NCBI GenBank assembly: GCA_038087875.1
Contig: CM075995.1
Coordinates: 5,582,001 to 5,646,000, forward strand
Reading direction: 5' to 3'
From: Malacoraja senta
Taxonomy: Eukaryota
DNA length: 64,000 nucleotides
The notes beneath the pieces are model-generated. The model was not told the DNA's origin. It worked only from the letters and a program-made list of their open reading frames with translations, and did no database searches. Shown here piece after piece: positions 1-11,903 of this stretch. How positions within the stretch are numbered: position 1 is the stretch's first letter; each line of letters starts with the position of its first letter. The position numbers and the translations under genes are program-made.

Positions 1-207
1 GTTAAAAATACCATTGAAAAGGAAAGGGCAATCAACCAGGAGTGACAGGCAGATTTGAGTGCATAAGTAAAGATGCCTTGCTACAATTATTCAGGATTTT
101 TTTGTGAGTATGATATATACAATTTTGGGCTCTTTACCTAAGAAGGAATATACTTGGTATTGAGGGAGAGCAGCAAAAATTCACAAGACTGGTTAATGGC
201 AGGACTC

Positions 208-550
208 ATAGGCTCATAAATGATAGGAGCAGAATTAGGCCATTTGGCCCATCGTCTACTCTGCCATTCAATCTTGTCTGATCTATCTTTCCCACTGAAC
301 TGCATTCTCCTGCCTTCTCCCCGTAACCCCTGACACCCGTATTAAACAAGAATCGGACTCACCGCCTTAATAATATCCATTGACTTGGCCTCCACAGCCT
401 TCTGTGGCAATGAATTCCCCAGATTCACCACCCCCTGTCGAAAGAAATTCACCCTCATCTTCCTTCTAAAGGTTTGTCCTTTTATTCTCAGGCCATGGCC
501 TCTGGTCCTAGACTCTCCCACTAGTGGGAACATCCTCTCCACATCCAGAA
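208..550 (-). mobile_element. CR1 LINE 3' fragment
   Basis: ORF 342..563 resembles the CR1 ORF2 C-terminus (MFPLVGESRTRGH...VVNL.NSLPQKAVEA) and carries the tail gggccaaatggcctaattctgctcct. Confidence 0.85.
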
Positions 551-616
551 GATGAGAGATCAAGTAGGTTAGGCCCTTGTTCTCATAGAGATAACTGCAT
601 TAAAATGCACAAAATT

Positions 617-1294
617 AGTTTAATTTAGATATACAGCACGGAAACAGGCCTTTCTGCCACCGAGGCCATGCCAACCATCACCCATTCACACTAGTTCTAT
701 GTTACCCCACTCTCTATACACTAGGGGCAATTTACAGAGGCCACAAACCCCCTATTTCATCTCCCGCGCCCATCCTCAGTGCCCCAGCTGGACTCCCACC
801 TATGTTTCCCCTCTCCTCATCTCATCCTGCTACTTTCCTCCCTCTAGCTTCACAATTTTGCAACCTTGTCTCGCACCTTCTGCTTTTATTTCTGGCCTTT
901 GTTCCAACCATCTGCCTATCCAAAACACCCCTCGCCTGCGTCCACTAATTACCTGCCACGCTTTGTCCTGCCACTCCTCTCTTCAACCTTTCTTCTCCCC
1001 CCCCCCCCTCACAAACAGTGTGAAGAAGGGGCTCAACCCGAAATGTCAATGTTCCCCAGAGCTACTGCCTGATACCCTGAGTTACTCCAGCACTTTGTGG
1101 CTATCTTTGGTATAAACCAGCATCTACCGTTCTTTGTTTCTACAACCTGCAAGCCCGCAAGCCTTTATGTGGAAGGAAATCAAACCTACGCGCTCACTGG
1201 GTGAACATACAAACTCTATGCAGGCAGCACCCGAGTTCAGGATCGAAACTGGGCCTCTGGTCCCAGCAAGCAGTACCAGCTGCACCACGGTGCT
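617..1294 (-). mobile_element. HE1-like V-SINE interrupted by a plus-strand Penelope-derived 3' segment (about 750-1145)
   Basis: SINE tail tttagatatacagcacggaaacaggcc at 625 and a tRNA-like head near 1240-1294. The insert contains gaagaaggggctcaacccgaaatgtc...gagttactccagca. Confidence 0.65.
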
Positions 1295-1475
1295 GTTTTT
1301 AGGAGGCTTGGCAGACCAACAACAAGGCGCGCATTTCTAAAGGCCATCAAGTCCAGAAGTAGGGAGCAACTCTCAAAATGGGGTGGGGGTGAGGGGGCCT
1401 GGGTGAAATAAGGAGGCAATTCTTCACTCAAAATGTGTTAATCTTTGGACCTTGACCACAGGGAGTTGTGCATTA

Positions 1476-1720
1476 GGACGTTCTTTTAGGAAGGCGATGA
1501 GAAGGAATTTATTTAGTCAGAAATTGGTGAATCTGTGGAATTTTTTGCCACAGAAGGCTGTGGAGGCCAAGTCAGCGGATATATTTAAGACCGAGATAGT
1601 GCAGGTGTCAGAGGTTATGGGGAGAAGGTAGGAGAATGGGGTTAGGAGGGAGAGATAGATTGAATGACGGAGTAGATTTGATGGGTCGAATGGCCTTATT
1701 CTGCTCCTATCACTTATGAT
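1476..1720 (+). mobile_element. CR1 LINE 3' fragment
   Basis: gtgaatctgtggaatt...ccacagaaggctgtggaggccaagtc...gaatggccttattctgctcct tail. Confidence 0.85.
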
Positions 1721-1945
1721 CATTATCTTATGAATTATAATCAAAGTAGAGAACGATAAATATTTTTTTTGATACTATAGGAATAAAAAGGGTATGTGAA
1801 GTAAATTCCCCCTTTCCACCTCTATTCCTTTCTCTGGCTTCATATTTCACTCCTCTCCTTATCTTACACCCTTTTGTCTCCTTTTCATCTCAAGCTTTCA
1901 TCAACCCATTCGCTAATCTATCCCCCCTCACTTGTATCCACCTAT

Positions 1946-2987
1946 TAGGTATGTTACAAAACTTACCTTCAGTCGCGCTGTAATTCTGCCACTGGCCGTG
2001 TGCGCGATTTTGGCGCCTTTAAGGGGGGGGCGGGGTTAAAACGCGGTTTATCCTCCCCTTGTCCTGGAAATATTTTGTTGGAGTACAAAACTTCGCTGAC
2101 AAAATCGTTCCTACCGGCTTTTTGGGATTTTTTTTTTAATATTAAATCGTCAATGTCAGCGCTACAGTCATTTTAAAAGCAGCTCCTGAAGCGTCAACGC
2201 CAATAACGGGGACGGATTTCACACAATGGACAGGTAAACAAAAGTGCTTTCTTTAAATGTATAAAAGTGCTTCTTAAGAAGCCTTTAATTCACATTTTGT
2301 CATGCGACACGGTGATTTTATTCCCCGAATTAACGGCAGTATTTTTCATGCCAATACGGGGTTAAATTCACCGCAAATGAACGTTCCAAAAGATCGCGTT
2401 CCAGAAATTCTCACTCGCAAGATGAATTAAATGCCCATTAATTTACAGGTATTAAACATTCAATTCCTTCCATTTGGCCTGTAAATTCATGAAAATTAGA
2501 TTTAAAAATTATGTTATATTGTGAATTATTGTGTGAATGTTATTTGGACACTTAGGCTATTTAAAAATGTTAATCTATTCTTAAGAAATTGATAGATGTT
2601 TAGATCTAGTAATTGAATTTTGTAATTAGCTACAATTAGGTAACTAACTAATTATATGCTTTACTTTCATGTCTTCGAAGTAAGATTGTTTCATATTTGT
2701 TTCAGAATGCTTCAATCTATAATACCTGAAAATTTCTTTCAGTTACCATAATTTTTAAGAAAGTTATGGGCTTTTAACTGTCCTCGATCACAGCTTTTGT
2801 GTTAAGTCAATGGAAAAGCAATAGGGAACAAGATGCTAATTTCTGAGTATGATAATGGCCATAACTTTTTTAATACTGAAGATATGAAAGTGAATTAAGT
2901 GTCAAATTAAACTTCTTTTTATGCTTTATCTGATGGGATAAATTGCAGACTTTATTTTTTAAATCTCAAAATTTTGTAACATTGCTA
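1946..2987 (+). mobile_element. Non-autonomous DNA transposon (1,042 bp) with TAG termini and 7-bp TSD; possibly hATw-like
   Basis: Imperfect TIR taggtatgttacaaaa / ttttgtaacattgcta. TSD cacctat at 1939-1945 and 2988-2994. Interrupts a Penelope-derived tail. Has subterminal ccataacttt/aaagttatgg motifs. Confidence 0.8.
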
Positions 2988-3355
2988 CACCTATCACTTG
3001 CCAGGCTTTGTCCCGTCCCCACCTCTGTTCCAACTTTCCTTCCCTTACTACAATCAGTCAGAAGAAGGGTCCGACCTGAAATGTCACCTATCCATGTTCC
3101 CCAGAGATGTTGCCTGTCACACTGAATTACTCCAGCATTTGGTATTTTTTTCATTTGCTGTAAATATTTGCAGAGCAGGCTTAAGGAGCCAAATCACATC
3201 CATGGAAAGTTGCAGCATGCAAACAGACCATTCAGCTCCCAATTTTACTCTGATCCTATCCTGACATAACCTATACTGCAGACTTCAGTTATGCTCTTAT
3301 ATAGATACGTGAAATAAGCACACATACGCAATATGCATGTATAAATACAAAAAAA

Positions 3356-3692
3356 CATTATCATCATATGAGGGGAATAGATCGGGTAGATGCACAGAGT
3401 CTCTTGACCAGAGTAGGGGAATCAAGGACCAGAGGACATAGGTTCAAGGTGAAGGGGAAAAGATTTAATAGGAATCTGGGGGGGTAATCTTTTCACACAA
3501 AGGGTGGTGGGTGTATGGAACATGTTGCCAGAGGAGATAGTTGAGGCTTGGACTGTCCCAACATTTAAGAAGCAGTTGGACAGGTACATGGATAGGCCAA
3601 GTTTGGAGGGATAGGGACCAAACGCAGACAGGTGGGACTCGTGTAGCTGGGGCAAGTTGGGCCGAAGTTTCCACACGGTATCACTCTATGAC
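3356..3692 (+). mobile_element. CR1 LINE 3' fragment (second subfamily)
   Basis: aggaccagaggacataggttcaagg...ttcacacaaagggtggtgggtgtatggaac; the same family recurs at 12435 and 61170. Confidence 0.8.
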
Positions 3693-6600
3693 TGAAAATA
3701 TGGCGGTACAGTGACACAGCTGGTGGAGCTACTGCCTCACATCGCTAGTGACTTGGGTTCGATCCTGACCATGGGTGGGTTTCCTTTGGGTGTTCTGGTT
3801 TCCTCCCGCATTGTGTAGGGAGAGGATGAGCAAATGGGGTTAGATTGAACTGGTGTGATTGATGGACTCGGTGGGCCGAAGGGCCTGTTTCCATGCTGTT
3901 CTAATCAGTTAACCAAAAACACTACTAAATTTGGGATCACCCTGATCATTCCTTCCTCTCCCTGTCCCATCCAGCAGAAGATATAGAATATTGAATGCAT
4001 GAACTGCCAGACTGAGGAACACCTTCTTCCCTTCTGTTATTAGGCTTCTGAACAGTCCTTCCATACGCCAGGGTACTGTCCAATTCATCTCTATTGCACT
4101 GAGGACATTGGACTTTGTCTATGTTCAGTTCAGTTTAGTTTATTGTCACGTGTGCTGAGGTACAGTGAAACACTTTTGTTGCGTGCTATCCAGTCAGCAG
4201 AAATACAATACATGATTACAATCGTGCCAATAAAGTATAGATACATGATAAGGGAATAACTGATGCGCTACAATGGTGAGAACCGTGTTTTGCACTCTGT
4301 ATCTTCCCTTTTGCCCTATCTCTTGTGTTTGAGATTGTATTTATGTATAGTGTTATCTAACGTGTTTGGATCTCAGGGAAGACAACGCTTTTCATTGTAC
4401 CTCAGTACACACAACAGTAATAAACCTAAACTGAACAGGAAAGAAATCAGAGACTACGGAGACGGGAAAGGAAAATTAATGAAGCAAAGAATCAATCACT
4501 ATCTCACTGAACACTAGAGCAGCTTCACGGAGCCTTATGATGTGCTCTGGCTTCTATTGCTCATGTCCCTACTCTGCAGAATTGCACCCTTGCTCTATTT
4601 CCCAAAATGCATTCATGCTGCAGACTGTAATGGGAATGACCAACAGAATCAGGCACAATTAAAGCAATAAATTAAGTAAGCCTTGTACAAAAGTAGGCTA
4701 CACGATTAGAAAATAAAGGGCAGTCGGACTAGGTGCCAACTGTGGGTCTCATTCTAAGGTTATGTTGTGTATCCATTTTTGAAATTATAGCCTCTTGCTA
4801 ATGAAAAAAATAGACCATTGCAAATCAATTAAAAGACGGCTGGATATTTGAGGAAAAAAACCCAGGAAGTGCTGGAAGAATGCACAATGTCAGGCAGTAT
4901 CTGCGGACAGAGGAACAGTCAATGCATTAGGGTCCCAAACTGGGAAAGAGATTTAGTTTTAGGTTTATTATTGTCACGTGCACCAAGGTTCAGTGTAAAG
5001 CTTTGCTTTGCATGCCCTCCAAACAGAGAGAAAAAAAACAAATTTGTTTTAGACAGCAGAGAGGGTGGGGGAAGGATCAGTGGAAATGAAGGAATATCTC
5101 TGATGGGGTGAGACCAGAATGTGCCAGGCAAGGAGTAGTTAGCATTCGATTACGTGGCTTTGTTCATGTAATGTGTTGCAAATGGAAAGGCTGTGGACTC
5201 AACAGGAAAAAAATGAAAGGAAAAACTGAGCCTAAAGTGATGACAGGCAGAAATGGCCAGTTAAGAGTGGTAGAGTGATCCATCATGGACATGGGCCATT
5301 CGGCCGAAACTGTCCATGCCAACCAAGATGCCCCATCTACACTAGTCCCACCTTCCCGTGTTTGGCCCGTTTCCCTCTAAACCTTTTCTATCCATGTACC
5401 TGTCCAGTTCTGATACAAATGGAAAGAAAAAGCAAATTATCGATCGTGAGAGAATTCAATAACAAGTCCTGCAACAAAAGCTATTCACTGTACATTGGTA
5501 CATGTGACAATAAACGAAACTAAAACTGAACTGCAGGTTGCAATGTGTACAGATGGGAAGATGAGACGTTGTTTCTCCAGCTTGCTTGGGGCCTCATTGA
5601 AACAGTGCAGGAGGCCACAGTCAGGAAGGCCAGAATGTGTGTGAGATAATAAAGTAGCAGCCAAACAGAAGCTCAGCATCGCTCCTGCAGATCCAACACA
5701 GGAGGCCTGCAAAACGATCACCTGGTCTGTGTTTAGTTTCTCCACTGCCGTGGAGGCGATCTTGTGAACACCGAATGCAGTACACTGGACTGGAAGAAGT
5801 GCAAGTGGATCACTGCTTCACCTCCTTGGGTGCCTGGATGCTGGGGAGGGGAAGAGATGAAATAACTTCCAAGATGGCACCCAAGCCAGGAGACTATTTG
5901 CGTGTGAGCCACAGAAGCAGATCTACAATCACGTATAATAATCGCTCCACTTAAAATCTCTACTCCTACAGCTTTAACTATGACTAAACGTCATTTCCTG
6001 ATCATGTATTTACACACTCAACGAAAGCTTTTCACTGTACCTCGGCACACGTGACAATAAACTAAACTAAACAGGTTGATAGATTGGCAGACTGTTGATC
6101 TATAAGGGTGTCAGGTGTTGTGGGGAGAAGGCAGAATGGAGTTGAGCGGGAGAGATAGATCAGCCATGATTGAATGGCAGAGTAGACTTGATGGGCCGAA
6201 TGGCTTAATTCTGCTCCTATAACTTATTTACTTATGAAGTTAGGTGTTGCACTTTCAGCGGTTGCAAGTGAAAAGCTCGCGAGATGGGAAGCGATAGGAA
6301 GATTGGAACAGCGGACCATTGAGTTGTGAACGGAGCGATCTTTTCAAAAAGCTGATTGGGGAGGGGATGGTAATGTAGGAAACGCTGGAATGTATTAGAA
6401 AAATTGTAGATTTGCAGCATATATAAACCAAGAGTAGGGTCTCGACCCAAAACCTCACCTATTCCTTTTCTCCAGAGATGCTGCTTGACCAGCTGAGTTA
6501 CTCCAGCATTTTGTTTCTGTCTTCGGTGTAAACCAGCATCTGCAGTCCCTTCCTACAACAAGAGCACACATACTGGGGAAGCACAATGGGAAAAGAGGCC

Positions 6601-6936
6601 AACATAGTGAAGGTAAGAAACTTAGAGGTTTTGTTAGGAGAGGCAATAGATAGATTTAAGATGGTGGATGGATATACAAGGAACTACAGATGCTGTTTTA
6701 CAACAAAATGAGATAAAGTGGAGTAACTCAGCGGGTCAGGTAGCATCTCCGGAGAGCATGGATAGGTAACGTTTCAGGTTGGGACCATTCTTCAGACTTT
6801 TAGATAGATAGTTTCATAAGTTATAGGAGCTGAATTAGGCCTTTCAGCCCATCGTGTCTGTTCCACCATTCAATCATGGCTGATCTAGCTTTCCCTCGCA
6901 ACCCCATTCTCATGCCTTCTCCCCATAACCCCTGAC

Positions 6937-7220
6937 CAGTGTTTCCACTTTGAATGAAATTACCCGAAATTCAGGAAATACTAGTTGTCTTTGGGTAATT
7001 TTAGGGAAATTGAATAATTTTGGGTAATTTCCGCATCTAGCCCGCGAAAGGGTGTAAAGGTAATACACACAGCACTGCTGGTTTGGCGCGCAAAGGTTTA
7101 AACAGAGCGCTGTCAGTTTAACACGTGGGAATTAATGGGTTCTAAATATAGCGCTACCGGCTGCAGCGTTATGGGCTTTAAACATAGCGCTATGGCCACA
7201 GACTGTTCGGGAAAATTCCA
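6937..7220 (+). mobile_element. Truncated hAT-like DNA element end
   Basis: Begins cagtgtttcc with repeated gggtaattt/aaattaccc motifs. No partner end found. Confidence 0.35.
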
Positions 7221-8204
7221 AAGACTTTGGAATTCTCTTTCTCGGTGGAAGTTGAGCCTTTGATTATTTTTTAGGCAGTGGTAGAGTTCTGGATAAACCT
7301 AGTGGTGAAAAGTAACCAGTGGGCAGTGGGATTGCAGTTACATTGGGATTTTAAACAGATGTCTCCGAAGAAGAAATGCAAAATTGTCAATCCAAATGCC
7401 CAGCAAAAGAGACTGATTTTGACAGCATTCGCAGAGATTATCCGAATTTGGACTACTCCAAATGTGATGATCTACAGGACATTCTTAATGGGAAAGTAGT
7501 GGGCAGAAAGGCATGTCGTGCGTGATTTGAAGAGCAAAAACTTGTAGTTTACAATGCCAAAATTGAAAAGTTGAGGAAAAACAAGGTGTACAGAGTTGCT
7601 TATTGGTTACAATCTGAGGAGTATGATGATGCTACTGATTATGATATGCCAATGTACCAGCTGGCAACTGATCTTCTCCATAAAGACTTGGTCTATTGCT
7701 AGAAATTGTAATTTCTATCTGTTACAGACTTACAGCATATAATACAATAATATTAAAGTTCTGATCTGGAGAATATCACATTTTTGAATTTTCAAGGCAG
7801 TCTGGGTGTTTATTACTATTTTCGTCACAACGGTCAATTTTGTAATTAGCTACAATTAGGTAACTACCTAATTATATGCTTTAATTTCAGGTCATCCAAG
7901 TAAGATGTTTCATATTTGTTTCAGAATGCTTCAATCTATAATAACTGAAAATTTCATTCCGCTCTTAATTTTTAAGAAAGTTATGGGCTTTTGACTGTCC
8001 TCAATCACAGCTTTTGTGTTAAGTCAATGGAAAAGCAATGGGGAACAAGATGCTAATTTCCGAGTATGAAAATGGCCATAACTTTTTTAATACTAAAGAT
8101 ATGAAAGTTAATTAGGTGTCAAATTAAACTTCTTTTTATGCTTTATCTGATGGGATAAATTGCAGACTTGATTTTTTAAATCTCAAAATTTTGTAACATT
8201 GCTA
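7221..8204 (+). mobile_element. Right-end fragment of the 1946-2987 transposon family, retaining a decayed coding region
   Basis: About 7836-8204 is near-identical to about 2616-2987 and ends in ttttgtaacattgcta. The upstream frame 7355-7702 is protein-like with one internal TGA. Confidence 0.75.
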
Positions 8205-8990
8205 CTTTAAGTTCGCTGATGATACCACAGTTGTCGGCCAGATCCACAACAACAACGAGATGGGGTGGAGGAAAGAGATCCAGAACCTTGTGATAAGACA
8301 CAAAATGCTGGAGTAACTCTGCAGGATAGGCAGCATCTCTGAATAGAAGGAATTGGTGACCCTTCTCCTGCAGTCCAGAACCTTGTGTCACGGTATCATG
8401 TCCACAACCAAACCTGCAAAGTTAGCAAGACAAAAGAATTGGTTGTTGACCGAAAGTACGCAACCCTGTCTTCTTCAATGGAGCTCCAGTAGAGATAGAG
8501 TTATGGAGTCACAGAGTGTGGAAACAGGCCCTTCAGCCCAACTTGCCCGAGCCGACCAACGTGTACCATCTACACATGCCCGGCCGGCCTGCATTTGGTT
8601 GTTATTCCTCTAAACCTATCCTATCCATGTACCTCCCTAAATGCTTCTTAAATGTAGCGATAGTACTTGCGAAACTTGATAGTATCTGCTTGATCGTTGC
8701 GATAGTACCTGCACGGTCAATAGGTTCAGGTTCGAGCAATTTGTATCACTAGCAACCTAATGACCCCATCACACTGATGCGGTGATCTGGAAAGCGTACT
8801 TTCTTTCTTAGGCATCAGAGAAGATTCAGCATGTCAACGAGGATTCCCTCAAATTTCTATAGGTGCTACATGGAAAATATTCAGACAGGATGTATCACAG
8901 CCTGGTAATGGCTACTGCTCTTTTCTTGACTACCTGAACCAGCAGAAGGGGGTGAACCCAGCCCAGCCCACCCCAGCCCATAACAGGCTA
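8205..8990 (+). mobile_element. Old Rex1/Babar-like LINE remnant with nested short insertions
   Basis: tttaagttcgctgatgataccacagttgtcggc encodes FKFADDTTVVG. Further decayed RT C-terminal sequence lies at 8790-8990. Confidence 0.55.
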
Positions 8991-10660
8991 GTCACTTCCT
9001 TCCGAAAATAGACACAAAATGCTGGAGTAATTCAGCGGGACAGGCAGCATCTCTGGAGAGAAGGAATGGATGACGTTTCGGGTCGAGACCCTTCTTCTGA
9101 CAGTCACTTCCTTCGATCTTGTCCATCTTTAAGGTGCGTGTGTCAAGAAGGCTTGAAATATCCTCAAGGATGTCTGTCATTCTGCTTGTTCCCTTTCTAC
9201 TTCTCATGTGACAGCATAATTAGGCCATTTGGCCCGTCGTCTAATCCACCATTCAATCATGGCTGATCTATCTCTCCCTCCTAACCCCATTCTCCTGCCT
9301 TCTCCCCTTAACCTCCGACACCTCTACTAATCAAACATCTATCTATCCCTGCCTTAAAAATGTCCACTGACTTGGCCTCCACAGCTTTCTGTGGCAAAGA
9401 ATTCCACAGATTCACCGCCTGATTCACGTGGAGAATTCCACAGAATCACGTCCTTTAATTCTGAAGCTATGACCTCTTGTCCTAGACCTTCGCACCAGTG
9501 GAAACATCCTATCCACATCCACTCTATCCAAGCCTGTCGCTATTCTAAACTCCGGCGAGTACAGGCCCAGTGCCGACAAACGCTCGTCACAGGTTAACCT
9601 TAACTCCACCTCATTTAGTATTTCTGTTTAGTACCTTAATTGCACTATTGGGATTGTGCTACGATCTTGCACTATCTGCTGCTTTGCACCGTGATGTATT
9701 TATTGTCTTATTTATTATTACACTGTGTATACTGTTTACTCTGAGAGCTTCATGTGAAGAAGGAATTTCAGTGCACCCTGGTGTATCTGGCAATAAACTA
9801 ATCTGAACACCGTAATTACGCTTTTGCTGTTTCTAGGATTGAATTATGTGAAAATTAACTACCACTTTTTTTTAAACCTACTTACCCTTATATAAGTGAA
9901 CTCACTGTCTACCCACCCTGTGGGGGACTTGTTAACACGTGTTGTTCCCCACAATGAAAAACAAAACAAAAACTGCTGCTGCTCTGAAATATTTGCCCGT
10001 AAACATAATATTGGACATTAATACCTTCCTTGCTCTTTGGTTCCACTGCAGTTTGTAGCTGGGTTACAAACATGATATTTCGGACAATTGGCTCTGAGTC
10101 TGTTTTTCAAAACACTTAACCATGACTAATGTGTTATTTTGTGGAGCAGAAAAAGGTGGCACCATGACAATGAAGTGTGTCAGATGGGCTACGTACAAAT
10201 GATTTAACATATGAATTGTGTAAATTAGCTAAATGAGCATCAATCAAAATGGAAAGAAAACTTGCAATTATTTAACTTCTGCTTCACATTGTACCATTCT
10301 GTGCCTTTGAATCTGTGATTGTTTTAATAGTGTGGTATTTTCAGACTATTATATGAAAGGAAGCATTGCCTTTTCTTTAAAATGTAAAACTTTTGTTTAA
10401 AGTGGGACACCATGGATAAGGGGCATTCGCAGCATCTCAGCACTATGTGACGTTTCATGACGAGACACTTCTTCAGAAGTCTGAAGAAGGGTTTCGACCT
10501 GAAATGTCACCTACAGTGTTCCTTTTCTCCACATATGCTGCCTGGCTCTCTGAGTTACTCCAGCATTTTGTGTCAATCTTCCGTGTAAACCAGCATCTGC
10601 AGTTCCTTCCTACGTGGGGAAATAGCATGAGGGTTTAACCTATACATTATCAGAGCAGTA

Positions 10661-11483
10661 CAATACAATACCGTTTATTATCATTTGGACCTCAAATGAA
10701 GTTCAAACGAAATTTGGTTTCTTCAGTCATACAACAAGAAAAGAACCAAGACACAACACAATTTACACAAACATCCATCACAGTGAATCTCCTCCTCACT
10801 GTGATGGAAGGCAAAGTCTTGCCTCTCCCCTGCACTCCCCATTCTCCTCCCGATGTCAAAGTCAAAGCCCCCAGCGGGCGATGGTAAGTAAGTCCCGCGG
10901 CCATTTAGGCCGCGCCGGGCAATGCAAGGCCGCGCTCCGGGTCTTGATGTTGGAGCCCCCGGCGGGCGCTAGCAAGTCCCGCGGCCATTTAAAGCCGCGC
11001 CGGGCGATGTAAGACCCCGCTCCAGGTCATCTTCAACCCCGCAACTCCGGCGGGAGTAGCTGCCGTTGCGGGAGCTCCGAAAAGCGGTCTCCCACCAGGG
11101 ACCCGCGAGCTCCCGATGTCACCGTCCACCAGACCTGCGGCTGGAGCCTACGAATCTCCGGGGTCGGGTCGCAGCCGCGCGCCACCACAGCTCTCCACGC
11201 TCCGAACTCGGCCAGCTCCACGATGGTGAGTAGTCCGCAGGCTCCGCGACTGGAGCCCCAGGTCGTTCCGGTTGGAGGCCTCTCCACGGTGCTGGGCCCC
11301 AACGACAACGGAGACCCGACAGAGAAAGGTCGGGTCCTCCATACAGGGAAAAGATTTTAAACGTTTCCCCACCCACCCCCCACACATACCCAGTTAAAAA
11401 AAAACACTATACACTACACACTACACTCAAACGAGACAAATAAATAAAAAAAGACAGACAGACTGCAGAGGCCGCTGCGACGA
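10661..11483 (-). mobile_element. GC-rich non-autonomous retroelement with LINE-type 3' tail
   Basis: The minus-strand 3' end has aataaac followed by (tattg)n. A possible cagta TSD lies at 10656-10660 and 11484-11488. The tail resembles 17495-17700. Internal duplication of about 55 bp at 10890 and 10974. Confidence 0.6.
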
Positions 11484-11882
11484 CAGTATCTCAATGACTC
11501 CCACCTGTGTTATAGATTTCACTGACCTGCAACCTGAATCATTATTTGAATTTTGACTACAAAGTCTCATCTTATCTCAAATTGCTTATTGTGTGCAACG
11601 GTAAACATGCCAATGTCTGCATTAAAAACTTTAATCTTTAGACCTTATGAGGAATTGCAAACTAAAACTGTTTTAAAAAATCCAGCGGTATGAACTCTAA
11701 TTTCAAGTAACTCCCATATTTTTTCCCTCCCTCTTTCCCCCGCCTCCCCACCTTAATCATCCGATTAGTTCCACTGTTCACATCCTTGTACCTCTCTCGT
11801 TAGCACATCTTCCCCTGCCAACAATGGGCCACTATGGAATCTACCCTTCCTGAGGTCGAAAAGTGCTATATAAATAAAATGT

Positions 11883-11903
11883 ATTATTATTATTATTATT
11901 ATT
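11883..11903. repeat. (ATT)n microsatellite, tail of a short retroposon fragment
   Basis: ctatataaataaaatgtattattattattattattattat. Confidence 0.8.
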
